Origin: an uncultured Bacteroidales bacterium
Lineage (GTDB): Bacteria > Bacteroidota > Bacteroidia > Bacteroidales > P3
Assembly: GCA_905234665.1 (NCBI GenBank)
Contig: CAJOIV010000008.1
Coordinates: forward strand, 1,799 to 65,798
Length of the DNA stretch: 64,000 bases
Direction: 5' to 3'
Shown here: one piece after another, positions 28,430 through 38,139 of the stretch
Layout: each line of letters starts with the position of its first letter
How positions within the stretch are numbered: the first letter of the stretch is position 1
Notes under the pieces: model-generated
What the model saw: only the letters and a program-made list of their open reading frames with translations
What the model was told of the DNA's origin: nothing
Database searches by the model: none
Program-made: the position numbers and the translations under genes

Positions 28430-28509
28430 TTTGTTCTATAACGCGCCCTTTACTTTTTTATTGTGGGGTATTGTAGGCGCATAGATTCAATCGTCAAATA
28501 TTAAGGCCA

Positions 28510-28806
28510 TCATGATTCCACATCACCAACCTCCTTTGTCCCTTGATCTTTTTTGTCAGTTCTCGTAGTTCTGTTCTTTCTATCCCTTGCGAACTCACAA
28601 ATCAGATACACTACCAGTATCAATAGAAAGACGAAATGCAGGTTCAGGTATCTGAAGTAGGTATCAAGGGCTTCGGGAGAAAACCATGTCACATTGTATT
28701 TTATATCTACACCTACTTCGAGAATGAATCCAATATGGAATAATATGCTCAGAAGAGCAGCAACAATGAGTACAACCCTCGTGACTTTAAGAATACGGTC
28801 AATCAT
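28510..28806 (-). CDS. Small hypothetical membrane protein (3 predicted TM helices)
   Basis: 98-aa AT-rich ORF, hydrophobic. A candidate -7 box lies upstream. Confidence 0.45.
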   Translation of the reverse strand: MIDRILKVTRVVLIVAALLSILFHIGFILEVGVDIKYNVTWFSPEALDTYFRYLNLHFVFLLILVVYLICEFARDRKNRTTRTDKKDQGTKEVGDVES

Positions 28807-28882
28807 ATAGCATGGTCAGTTATTTGGTGAAAGAGAAGAGTATTAGACATTTGTGCACACTTGGAACAATTGCGGTGTTTTG

Positions 28883-28890
28883 CAAAGATA
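28883..28890 (-). promoter_or_regulatory. Candidate -7 box (TATCTTTG on the minus strand)
   Basis: Matches TAnnTTTG, 77 nt upstream of the ATG at 28806. Confidence 0.35.
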
Positions 28891-29005
28891 CACAAATTCC
28901 TCGACATAAAGAATAGGGACTATAGAGCTGTAGTGGCTGTAGGTGGGATAGAGAGGATCGAGAGACTGAATTCAGATTATTTCTTCTCATGTCGGGGAAA
29001 AATCG

Positions 29006-29013
29006 TATCTTTG
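29006..29013 (+). promoter_or_regulatory. Candidate -7 box TATCTTTG
   Basis: Context GGGGAAAAATCGTATCTTTGCAG, 53 nt upstream of the ATG at 29066. Nearly the same string recurs at 36747-36770. Confidence 0.4.
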
Positions 29014-29065
29014 CAGTGTATTTGTTATGGGAAAATAGGAATAATAACATTAAAACCAATATAAT

Positions 29066-32000
29066 ATGAAAAAACAGTTACTTTTTTTGGTGGCTTTAAC
29101 AGTCTTTTCTTCATCGTTTCACGCACAAGTTTGGGTGGACTGTGACTTCCGATTACTGGCAGAAAACGATTATAAATGTGCCGTAGAGACCACCGTGGCT
29201 GATGATATTGCGGTATTGCGGGCATGCCGGAGGAACACTGTGTGCTTTTTCATTCATGGAGGGACAGCCCAGTCTTATGTATGGGAGGCTGCAGGCGGTG
29301 AGGTCATCCCTGACCCCAACGACCCTATGCGGTGTTGCGTGGCGTGGGGAGAAGGCGACAATGGTTATGTACAGGTCACCGCTACATACGCAGACGGCAG
29401 CCGATGTCAGAAAAGCCTGATGGTCATTCTTGGAGAGAGCCCTGTTGCACGATGCACCACTCAACCGAACTACACGGTGAATATAGCCACCCCGGAAATA
29501 AAAACACTCAGAGTATGTGTTGGCGACACTATCTCACTGACGGATGCCAGTCTCCCTGGGATGAGTCCGATTACGGCTTACTACTGGGAATATCCCGGAG
29601 GTTCATCCACTATTCCGACAACGGGTTTTGTGCCCATGGCTCCAGGAGCATACACAATAGTGCACCGAGTGTATAACGAATGCGGATGCTACGGAGAAGA
29701 GTCCATCCAACTACAGGTAGACAACAAATGCCCATTCAATCTTTCGTGCCACGGGACAGTCTGTGGGGGGCGTTTGGAAACATATAGTGCATTGAATATT
29801 AACTGTTCAGACTATGTGTGGGATGTGACCGGAGGGGAAATACTGTCGGGGCAGCACAGTTCGGAAATAACAATCCAGTGGGGCGAGCCATCCAGTGGCT
29901 ACGGCGTGGTATACCTTGACGGCGGCCCGTGCGATTGCCAGTGCAAGTCGCGCAAGAGTGTCAGGATTCCTATCATCTCTGGCAATGTGGGAATAGAGGG
30001 TCCCGACATGTGCTGTGAGGATGAAGACTATGTTTTCTCCCTGCCCCTGTGGGGTGCGACAGAATACACATGGAGTGTGACCCCGTCGACAAACGTGGTG
30101 CAGTCTATATTTGGAACCCCCAACAAGGTGAGATGCATGTTCAACGAGCCAGGCACCTACACCATCAAGGCAGTATTTGAATGTCCATTCCTTGATTGCG
30201 GACCTTTCTCAGTGACCAAGCAAGTGACCGTGAGAAAGAAACTGGCAATCACACCGGCGTCGCCTTCCGATGTGTGCTGTGGTGCAGATCTCGTTTTCTC
30301 GTCGTCGGCGGGAACGGCAACCAGATGGAGAGTATTGTATGGAGGTGTGGCACTGGAACTCGACGACTCTTTGGGGGCGACCTTCTCCCATCGTTTTGAC
30401 GAACCGGGATACTATACCATAGAAGCACGATGCGATGACTATTGCAGGGCGGGGAGTTCCATGCTGCATGTCCTTCCCCGCACCCCACAGCCATTGGATG
30501 TTCAAGGCCCCCATTTGGTGTGCCCGAACACGGGCGCGAGGTTCGATGCCACGCCCCTCGGCGCCGACTATCTTATAGAGTGGGCATGGGTTGACGACAA
30601 CGGGGATACTCAGCGCTACTGGGGCAGTTCTGTGACCATACCGTTCGGCAACACGGCACACGACATCATCCTGTGGCAAGTGGACCGTCGTACCGGATGC
30701 AGGTCTCTGCCATTGACCTATGCGGTCAGCCTGTTCTCATTGCAACCTTGGCCGTATCCGAGCGAGCTTCATGTATGCGAAGGGCAAACACTGGTGCTTG
30801 ACCGGGTGGAGGACCAGTCGGACGTGGTGCTGTACAGGTGGTGGATAGAGGATTGGCAGGAGGCTCCTCTCTTCTCAATCCAGGGCGACCATCTTGAACC
30901 GGCAGTCACGGGCAAAATCAACTACACCTACCCGCCGCACATCAACTACGCATATTTGAAACACGAGCGGCGCTACTGCGGGCAGACGGAAACCAAGATT
31001 CTCAAGATTGTTGCTGACGGAGTTCTCGCTCCACCCGAGATTTCCATTCCCGACCCCATGTGTGCCAATATCAGGGCGGCATGGGTGATTGCGGATGCCA
31101 CTGCCCAAGCGAATATCGACTTGTCGCAGTCGTATTGGCTGCTCGACAATCATGAGCAAGTGCCTCTTCTTGCGCCGGACACGACATACTATACATTCAC
31201 GTCGTCGCAGACAGGGCAGCACACATTGCGCCTGCACTACGTCTCACGCTATGGCGGATGCACCGTCGAGACACAGGATTTAACAGTGTATGTCAATGAC
31301 TTTCCCGTTGTCTGGATTGATGCTTCCTCCCCGGGACAACTTTGCATCCACGTGTCGGAGGGATATAACGGCACTACTTACCATTGGTCCACGGGTGAAA
31401 CAACCCGTTGTATTGAGCATAGTTCCGGCGATTGCTCATGTGTCGTTTCCTATGGAGGGTGCTCTCGGACTTTGGAGTTCAGAGACGGTGGAGTCAACGT
31501 GGGGTGCGTGGCGGTTCCTGGTGCTTTTTCTGTAAATTATAAATGCATGAACACTTATGAGGTAACCATCAACCCAAGCATTTCGCTGCCTGCTTCTTTG
31601 GCCGTGACAAACCCGTCGGGCGACGAGGTGGTATACTATGCCATCACAGCCAGCCCCAGCCCACAAGAAATCGTTATCCCATTCCAAGGCACTGTGTATA
31701 TGAGACTAACCTGGGATAATGGAGACGAATGCTATTATTGTGAGATGAACAAACTGATATCCTGTGTATATAAGTTAGACATTACGCACGACTGCTCAAC
31801 CGGCGAGATGATTGTGAAGAACGTGAGTACCTGCACGACGGCGAACAATATCGTGTGTAAAGTATTGGATGGAAATAATAATTTTATTGATTCAGGCGTT
31901 TTCACCGCATCAATCACCACACTGCACTTCAACCCCCAGCCAGACGGAAGCCTCTACCACGTACGCATATATGACGCGAGTGATCCCTCGTGTTACTACG

Positions 32001-34270
32001 AGGTAGATGTTGAGCATGGCCCAAATCCGTCGGTGGCTTCTATCAATACACTATCGGACATCTGCGAAGACGTGTCGCTGCTCTGCACGGCAACCGCCAC
32101 GGGAGACATTGTTGACTATACGTGGGACTTTGGCGACGGGTCCTATAACTACGGGGAAAAAATCGGCCATGTGTATAAGTATGGCAATTATACCATCACA
32201 CTGACGGTGACCGACAGGTCGGGCTGCACGGCAACATGCAGCACAGGAGTGATAGTTCATAAAAATCTTCTTCAAGGGGGAGCCATACAGTTACATTCTT
32301 CTATTCCTTCTTGCCCGGGGAATAATATTCAACTAGAATATAACTCGAAACTCCCTAACAATAACTTTAATGACCAGTATGGGCAATACTCTACAACCTA
32401 TCGGTGGTTTCCGTCCGAATGGAACTTGGGGAACCTCAATATCGCGTACGTCAACCAAGGAGGGCGGATTCTTGTGGAAGAAACCTCCCACTTAGGGGGC
32501 TGCACCTACTGGGCGGACATATATGTGGACTACCCCAACCGGGTGACGGCCGACATTTCCTGCGAGACCCTGTACTGCAAGGGAGCGGAGGTGACCCTCT
32601 ACGGCTATTCCGGCCCCAACAGGCAATACCAATGGGTTGTGACAGACCCAGACAATGTGCCGCACACTTCCTCGCAACCGGACTATACCTTCACCGCGTA
32701 TGTGGGAGGGCAATACACCGCACAACTGACAGTGATACACGGAGCTTGTACGAATTCTGCCACTGCAACGTTTGCCGTTCAAGAAGTACCAGTCCCGAAT
32801 ATTGGATTCAGCGGAAACCGTTGTATAGGCAATGGTCCGGTCAGTCTGAGTTCCGCCAGTGGCAGCAACCTGAACTGGAGCAACGGAGTTTACGGGACAA
32901 ACGCGCTCTATTACTATGCCGGCCATGTAGGGGCCTACTATCGTGACCCCACGACAGGCTGCCGGTCGGAGCTATCCATTGTCAATATCATCCAGCCGCC
33001 CGACATGGGCGCTTTGCTCACAGGATGCTACAATCGCTGCAAGAAAGAGATAACTGAAGGATTGGATATCCCCATATACGACTGCACAATGCTTTCCAGC
33101 GGGCCTTGGAAATGGTGGGGCAATGGAATCACGATAAAGAGTGGTAGCAGTTGCTTGCTTTACCCTGAACTGCTGCCAATACCTTCAGCAGGGATTTACA
33201 ACCTTGCATTGGATGTCTGTGACAACCCCAATTATTGCTGCACATTCCAGTCTCCTTCTCTGGAAATCAATGCCGTCGATTGTGGAAACTACACCTCACA
33301 ACAAGAATACTTCGACAATCTACCCATCACCGTCAAATATGTCGAAGTCACCTGCACAACGGAGAATTGTAGTCTTATGGTGATTGCAACCATGTCTTTG
33401 ATGAATACGTCAGGACATGACTTGACCATCGGTAGTGTCGGAGGGTGTTCCATTGCGGGAGTCTCACCGAGTCTTCCCTCCATCCTGTTGAATGGAAACA
33501 GTATGAACCTCTCGCTGGTTCTGGGATTTGTTCCGACAGGTAGTTACAGCATCAACCTCTATGCCCCAGACGGAAGTTTGCTGGGACGTGCCGTCGTAGA
33601 TGTTCCCAACTGGGGAAAATGCATTGAGTCCGACGAGTGCGACCTCGATATCGGGGTTAGTATGTCGCTAAATACAACAAGGACAACCCCAGGACAGACA
33701 GTTTATATGGACTATTTACTCGCCATGCCGTCCGTGGTGTCGAATGTTGTAGCAGTGTGGAGCGATGAGGGGCAGGTGCTATGGAATACGTTCTCAGCAC
33801 CCACTGTCACAGGAACACTGGTATTGGATTATGGATGGTTGACACAGGCTGTGGTGGGGGACGATTCAGTATGCCTTTATGTCCTTAGTTGCCAAGATGG
33901 GGATGCTTGGTGTACGACAAAGATATGTTTCTCAGCCGAATGTTTGTACCATGTAGTTGAAGGCGATGACTGTGCAGAGGTGCAGCAGGTGTGGAGAAAA
34001 TCAGCATCCGAGGGCAGTTCCCGCATCATTCCAAATATGATGCTCCGTCCCAACCCCACGACGGGGAAGGCAGAGGTGACAGATGCCGTCACGGGAGTGC
34101 CTGTGCGGAATGTGAAGACGATTGTCGTGATGTCGGTGCTGGGGCAGCCGCTGCTGCACGTTGAGCAGACCCATTCCATTGACCTTGCCAACCTTCCTTC
34201 CGGAACCTATATTGTGACCGTCTACACCTCCGACGGAAACATAGAACATATGAAGTTAACCAAGAAATGA
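29066..34270 (+). CDS. Large Cys-rich secreted protein with a PKD domain and a T9SS type-A sorting domain
   Basis: Signal peptide MKKQLLFLVALTVFSSSFHAQ. PKD signature YTWDFGDGSYNYGEKIGHVYKYGNYTITLTVTDRSGC (about nt 32115-32230). C-terminus ...RPNPTTGKAEV...LANLPSGTYIVTVYTSDGNIEHMKLTKK. Confidence 0.85.
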   Translation: MKKQLLFLVALTVFSSSFHAQVWVDCDFRLLAENDYKCAVETTVADDIAVLRACRRNTVCFFIHGGTAQSYVWEAAGGEVIPDPNDPMRCCVAWGEGDNGYVQVTATYADGSRCQKSLMVILGESPVARCTTQPNYTVNIATPEIKTLRVCVGDTISLTDASLPGMSPITAYYWEYPGGSSTIPTTGFVPMAPGAYTIVHRVYNECGCYGEESIQLQVDNKCPFNLSCHGTVCGGRLETYSALNINCSDYVWDVTGGEILSGQHSSEITIQWGEPSSGYGVVYLDGGPCDCQCKSRKSVRIPIISGNVGIEGPDMCCEDEDYVFSLPLWGATEYTWSVTPSTNVVQSIFGTPNKVRCMFNEPGTYTIKAVFECPFLDCGPFSVTKQVTVRKKLAITPASPSDVCCGADLVFSSSAGTATRWRVLYGGVALELDDSLGATFSHRFDEPGYYTIEARCDDYCRAGSSMLHVLPRTPQPLDVQGPHLVCPNTGARFDATPLGADYLIEWAWVDDNGDTQRYWGSSVTIPFGNTAHDIILWQVDRRTGCRSLPLTYAVSLFSLQPWPYPSELHVCEGQTLVLDRVEDQSDVVLYRWWIEDWQEAPLFSIQGDHLEPAVTGKINYTYPPHINYAYLKHERRYCGQTETKILKIVADGVLAPPEISIPDPMCANIRAAWVIADATAQANIDLSQSYWLLDNHEQVPLLAPDTTYYTFTSSQTGQHTLRLHYVSRYGGCTVETQDLTVYVNDFPVVWIDASSPGQLCIHVSEGYNGTTYHWSTGETTRCIEHSSGDCSCVVSYGGCSRTLEFRDGGVNVGCVAVPGAFSVNYKCMNTYEVTINPSISLPASLAVTNPSGDEVVYYAITASPSPQEIVIPFQGTVYMRLTWDNGDECYYCEMNKLISCVYKLDITHDCSTGEMIVKNVSTCTTANNIVCKVLDGNNNFIDSGVFTASITTLHFNPQPDGSLYHVRIYDASDPSCYYEVDVEHGPNPSVASINTLSDICEDVSLLCTATATGDIVDYTWDFGDGSYNYGEKIGHVYKYGNYTITLTVTDRSGCTATCSTGVIVHKNLLQGGAIQLHSSIPSCPGNNIQLEYNSKLPNNNFNDQYGQYSTTYRWFPSEWNLGNLNIAYVNQGGRILVEETSHLGGCTYWADIYVDYPNRVTADISCETLYCKGAEVTLYGYSGPNRQYQWVVTDPDNVPHTSSQPDYTFTAYVGGQYTAQLTVIHGACTNSATATFAVQEVPVPNIGFSGNRCIGNGPVSLSSASGSNLNWSNGVYGTNALYYYAGHVGAYYRDPTTGCRSELSIVNIIQPPDMGALLTGCYNRCKKEITEGLDIPIYDCTMLSSGPWKWWGNGITIKSGSSCLLYPELLPIPSAGIYNLALDVCDNPNYCCTFQSPSLEINAVDCGNYTSQQEYFDNLPITVKYVEVTCTTENCSLMVIATMSLMNTSGHDLTIGSVGGCSIAGVSPSLPSILLNGNSMNLSLVLGFVPTGSYSINLYAPDGSLLGRAVVDVPNWGKCIESDECDLDIGVSMSLNTTRTTPGQTVYMDYLLAMPSVVSNVVAVWSDEGQVLWNTFSAPTVTGTLVLDYGWLTQAVVGDDSVCLYVLSCQDGDAWCTTKICFSAECLYHVVEGDDCAEVQQVWRKSASEGSSRIIPNMMLRPNPTTGKAEVTDAVTGVPVRNVKTIVVMSVLGQPLLHVEQTHSIDLANLPSGTYIVTVYTSDGNIEHMKLTKK

Positions 34271-34277
34271 CACTGCC

Positions 34278-36722
34278 ATGAAACACTATCAATACAAAGC
34301 CATCGCCTTATTCTTCACCCTGCTGCTTGCGGGGCGTGCCGGTGCGCAGGAGACCTCCGAGTTCCGCTGGGCGCGGTCATTCCGGGGGGAGTCTTGCGAC
34401 TCTTATAACGTAGAGAGCATCTTCAGGACCATGTGGGATAGTGCCGGGAACCTGTATGTGTACGGTGCGGCAGCCCCGGGAGCGGAATGGAACGGGAAGA
34501 GAATGCTGGACTCGGACACCCTCACGTGGCAGCACTGCAAGACTTCGCTGTTTGTGGCTAAAATCGACACCTGCGGCAATATGGTCTGGTGTAAGTCGGC
34601 GCGCGAGTCGTGCAGGAATCATTCAATGACAACCTCAACCAAACACTTCATGTGTGACATGGACATGCGGAATGGGAAGATATATATATTCGGAAAACTA
34701 CCCTTCTCGCCTGACTACGAATGGAGAAGAGACTCGGCATGGCTGTTTTTCTTCGATACCCTGTATAAAGGAATTATCGACTATTCCGACCCCTGGTATT
34801 ATGATATACATGGCTATCCCTTTGATGCTTCCGAAGTGAGGCGGTTCCAATCTTATTGGCATTTTTTCGCCGTGTTCGACATGGACGGGAACCTGATAGA
34901 CCGGCATACTTTCTTTATATCAGCGGCGGATAATACGCATACCGATTACAATAGAGGTGCTGGTGCAGGATCTGTCAGTGGGGCACGGTTCCGTGTGGAC
35001 TCCGAGGGCAATGTCTGCATGTTTGCCAGTGTCCTTCCCTACATAGAATGGGATTCTGTAAATCGCCCCTATATGGTGGTGGCAGAAGATACAGCGGGAA
35101 CTTTCATTCCCTTGTTCCTCCCCGAGGAAAGCAGCCCTCAGGGATCACTATTCTTAAAATTCGACACTAATTGGAATCTTATTGGACGAAAAATCCTCAT
35201 GGGGGACCAAAAGGGGTACTCTCCGGGTGGGGTTGATGTCCGAGCCGCAATTAACTATAACAACATTGATATGGATGAGGATGACAATATATACTTGTCG
35301 GGTATAGCACATGACCTAATTTGCAGGTACCATTATCCGCAAGACAGTTTCCCAACATATCTCTATATAGATTCACTGCATAGCTTGAAGTTCGAATGTA
35401 GAATGGTGCAAAACTCACAAACCCCGTGGGTGGCAAAATACGACAACAACGGCAATCTCCTTTGGCTGACACAGGCGGCCTATACGGACTGGTCTATAGA
35501 TTCCAGTTATATGAGAATTTCTATGGGGCCGTGCCACCACGACTCAACCTCAGTATACGCTACACTCACAGTATTCCCTGGAATTAACCATAGCGGTGGT
35601 GCCTACCCTGACGAACCGGATATGCACCTCTTCTATTTCGACTCGGCCCATACCGACACATTCCCCGACCTGCGCCGGCAGAACGGTGGCAGCGCATTCT
35701 ATTTTGTCGACCAGATGCTGGCTTTCGACAAGGAGACCGGAGAACTGACCCGACACTGGCTGTTGGACTCGGTGTCGGCAGTATCATCCGCTACCAGTAT
35801 TGAGAATCAATATGCCGTGCAAGTCCTCCCAGGGGACAATAGTGTGGCGACTGTCAAATTCAGCCGGGTGGAGTACGGAGCCTTCGACCTTGTGAAGGTG
35901 AACCTGGACAACGACAGCGTGACGCAGGGGCAGCGTATCTGGTGGTCAGGCGGCAACGTCAACGTACACCCCGAAGGATGGGTGCTGAGGGAATCACAGG
36001 TTGTCGCAGGCGGAGGACGCCCCGAATGGATGTTCACCGGGTCGGACACGGTGGTGAGAGGGAACCACATCGTCTCGCTCTACTACGACTCGACCCTTGA
36101 CCTGCGCCGACGGCTCAGATGCCCCGCCCCCACAGGGCTGACAGTCACGCGCACCACGGACAGCACCGCACTGTTGACGTGGGAGGCCACCGAAGGTAAC
36201 GCCCTCTGGGTGGTGAGCCACGGGCCAGAAGGGACACCGCCCGAAGAGGGAACTATCGACACCGTGGCGGGAGTGCCGGAGATAACCTTGACAGGGCTTG
36301 ACGGCAACACCCGATACGAAGTCTTTGTCAAGGCGATATGCGAGTACACGCCGCGCCGCTTCCCCGGCTACCAAGGCAGTTATCCCACCCGTCCACCCCA
36401 GTCGGGCTGGGAGGGTCCAGAGGGAGTGGACACCCTGACGGCAGGCATCGGGGATGTGGACAGAGACGCGTTTTATACACTCCGACCCAACCCCACCGAC
36501 GGCCGGGTGGTCGTGGAAATGAGAAGTGAAAAGTTAAATGTGAAGAATGGGGCGGCGACCGTCGCTGTCTGCAATTCGGCGGGACACGAGGTGCTGAAAC
36601 AGCCGGTGCCCGCAGGGCAGAAAACCATAGAGTTAGACCTTTCGGGTCTCACCAGAGGCACCTACTTCGTCACCCTCACAACCAAAGACCGCTCCGCCAC
36701 CCGGCGGCTGGTGCTAAAGTAA
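34278..36722 (+). CDS. Secreted protein with an FN3-like domain and a T9SS type-A sorting domain
   Basis: Signal peptide; CPAPTGLTVTRTTDSTALLTWEATEG...TRYEVFVKAIC (FN3-like). C-terminus FYTLRPNPTDGRVVVEM...LDLSGLTRGTYFVTLTTKDRSATRRLVLK. Confidence 0.85.
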   Translation: MKHYQYKAIALFFTLLLAGRAGAQETSEFRWARSFRGESCDSYNVESIFRTMWDSAGNLYVYGAAAPGAEWNGKRMLDSDTLTWQHCKTSLFVAKIDTCGNMVWCKSARESCRNHSMTTSTKHFMCDMDMRNGKIYIFGKLPFSPDYEWRRDSAWLFFFDTLYKGIIDYSDPWYYDIHGYPFDASEVRRFQSYWHFFAVFDMDGNLIDRHTFFISAADNTHTDYNRGAGAGSVSGARFRVDSEGNVCMFASVLPYIEWDSVNRPYMVVAEDTAGTFIPLFLPEESSPQGSLFLKFDTNWNLIGRKILMGDQKGYSPGGVDVRAAINYNNIDMDEDDNIYLSGIAHDLICRYHYPQDSFPTYLYIDSLHSLKFECRMVQNSQTPWVAKYDNNGNLLWLTQAAYTDWSIDSSYMRISMGPCHHDSTSVYATLTVFPGINHSGGAYPDEPDMHLFYFDSAHTDTFPDLRRQNGGSAFYFVDQMLAFDKETGELTRHWLLDSVSAVSSATSIENQYAVQVLPGDNSVATVKFSRVEYGAFDLVKVNLDNDSVTQGQRIWWSGGNVNVHPEGWVLRESQVVAGGGRPEWMFTGSDTVVRGNHIVSLYYDSTLDLRRRLRCPAPTGLTVTRTTDSTALLTWEATEGNALWVVSHGPEGTPPEEGTIDTVAGVPEITLTGLDGNTRYEVFVKAICEYTPRRFPGYQGSYPTRPPQSGWEGPEGVDTLTAGIGDVDRDAFYTLRPNPTDGRVVVEMRSEKLNVKNGAATVAVCNSAGHEVLKQPVPAGQKTIELDLSGLTRGTYFVTLTTKDRSATRRLVLK

Positions 36723-36759
36723 GAAAGAAGAAAGTTTCTGCCTTATCGGGGAAAAGTCG

Positions 36760-36767
36760 TATCTTTG
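36760..36767 (+). promoter_or_regulatory. Candidate -7 box TATCTTTG for pth
   Basis: Context GGGGAAAAGTCGTATCTTTGCAG. It overlaps the first codons of the track ORF, which argues for a downstream start. Confidence 0.4.
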
Positions 36768-36785
36768 CAGCCTGAAAAGAGCACT

Positions 36786-37406
36786 ATGGACTGGATAAAG
36801 AAGTTGTTTTCGCGCTGCAAGACAGACGATAAGATAGATTATACGATGAAATACCTGATAGTAGGATTGGGAAATGTGGGCGCCGAATACGAGGGTACGC
36901 GCCACAACGTGGGGTTCCGCGTGGTGGAGGCCCTGGCGCGCGAGGCGGAGGTGAAATGGTCGCTGGAGCGCCGTGCCTACCGCACCGAGATGCGCCTGAA
37001 GGGGCGCACGGTGGTAATGATAAAACCCACGACCTACATGAACCTCAGCGGCGAGGCGGTGCGCTACTGGCTGCAACAGGAGAAGGTGCCGCGCGAGAAC
37101 CTGCTGGTGGTGGTGGACGACATCGCCCTGCCCGTGGGAACGCTGCGCATGAAGAAGCAAGGCAGCGGCGGCGGCCATAACGGCTTGGCCAACATCGAGC
37201 AGCTGCTGGGCGACACCAACTACTGCCGTCTGCGTGTCGGCGTGGGCAACAACTTCAGCCGCGGACGTCAGATAGACTACGTCCTCGGTCGCTTCACCGA
37301 TGAGGAGGAGGCCGAGCTGGCACCCCGCATCGAGAAAGCCACCGAGGCGGTGAAATGCTTCGTCTGCCAAGGGGCCGACAGAGCCATGAACATGTACAAT
37401 GGATAA
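36786..37406 (+). CDS. pth: Peptidyl-tRNA hydrolase
   Basis: MKYLIVGLGNVGAEYEGTRHNVGF...GGGHNGL. The start is ambiguous. I chose 36786 (MDWIKK...) as the first ATG after the -7 box; 36846 (MKYLIVGLGN) is the conserved core start. Confidence 0.9.
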   Translation: MDWIKKLFSRCKTDDKIDYTMKYLIVGLGNVGAEYEGTRHNVGFRVVEALAREAEVKWSLERRAYRTEMRLKGRTVVMIKPTTYMNLSGEAVRYWLQQEKVPRENLLVVVDDIALPVGTLRMKKQGSGGGHNGLANIEQLLGDTNYCRLRVGVGNNFSRGRQIDYVLGRFTDEEEAELAPRIEKATEAVKCFVCQGADRAMNMYNG

Positions 37407-37407
37407 A

Positions 37408-37421
37408 GGTTATAGGTTATA
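37408..37421. repeat. GGTTATA x2 junction repeat
   Basis: Starts 2 nt after the pth TAA and precedes the coaX GTG start. Confidence 0.7.
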
Positions 37422-37428
37422 GAAAAGG

Positions 37429-38118
37429 GTGAATCTGACGGTTGACATAGGGAACACACGGAGCAAATGGGCACTCTTTGACGGCGACAGGCTGGTGGAG
37501 AAGGGTGTCGGACTTCCGTTGCCCACCGCCGACCGCACCGTCTACTGCGCCACGGGCGCGATAGACTCCGGGTTGCGGCGCGCGATGGGGGAGGAGGCCG
37601 TGGACTTCGCAGCCCTTGTCCGTGAGGGATGTCTGCCCATACGCATTGACTATGCCACGCCGCAGACGCTGGGACCCGACAGGGTGGCGGCGGCCTGCGG
37701 GGCATGGAAGATTTCGGGAGGCAAGGCGTGTGTGGTCATCGATGCCGGAACATGCATAACCATAGACTATTTAGATGCCTCGGGCACCTACCATGGCGGG
37801 GCCATCCTGCCGGGAATTTCGATGAAGTTTCGTGCCTTGCATACTTTTACGGCGAAATTGCCGTTATTGGAGATGAAAAGTGAAGAGGAAGAGCAGGAAG
37901 TATCACCCACCGGCCGCACGACAGAGGAGTCGATGCGGGCGGGTGTAATGGCTGCAACACGCTTTGCCATAGAGGGATTCGTGGCACACTACCGCCAGCA
38001 GGAACCCGGGGTGGAGGTGTTGGTGACGGGCGGCGATGCCGGCCGGATAGCCGTGCCGGGATGCCGTGTGGTGCCGGACCTGGTGATGGTGGGGATGAAT
38101 GGGAGTTTAGAAAACTAA
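37429..38118 (+). CDS. coaX: Type III pantothenate kinase
   Basis: NLTVDIGNTRSKWALF..., VIDAGTCITIDY..., GG at the C-terminus. GTG start. Confidence 0.88.
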   Translation: MNLTVDIGNTRSKWALFDGDRLVEKGVGLPLPTADRTVYCATGAIDSGLRRAMGEEAVDFAALVREGCLPIRIDYATPQTLGPDRVAAACGAWKISGGKACVVIDAGTCITIDYLDASGTYHGGAILPGISMKFRALHTFTAKLPLLEMKSEEEEQEVSPTGRTTEESMRAGVMAATRFAIEGFVAHYRQQEPGVEVLVTGGDAGRIAVPGCRVVPDLVMVGMNGSLEN

Positions 38119-38139
38119 ACAGTAAACAATAGACATAAG

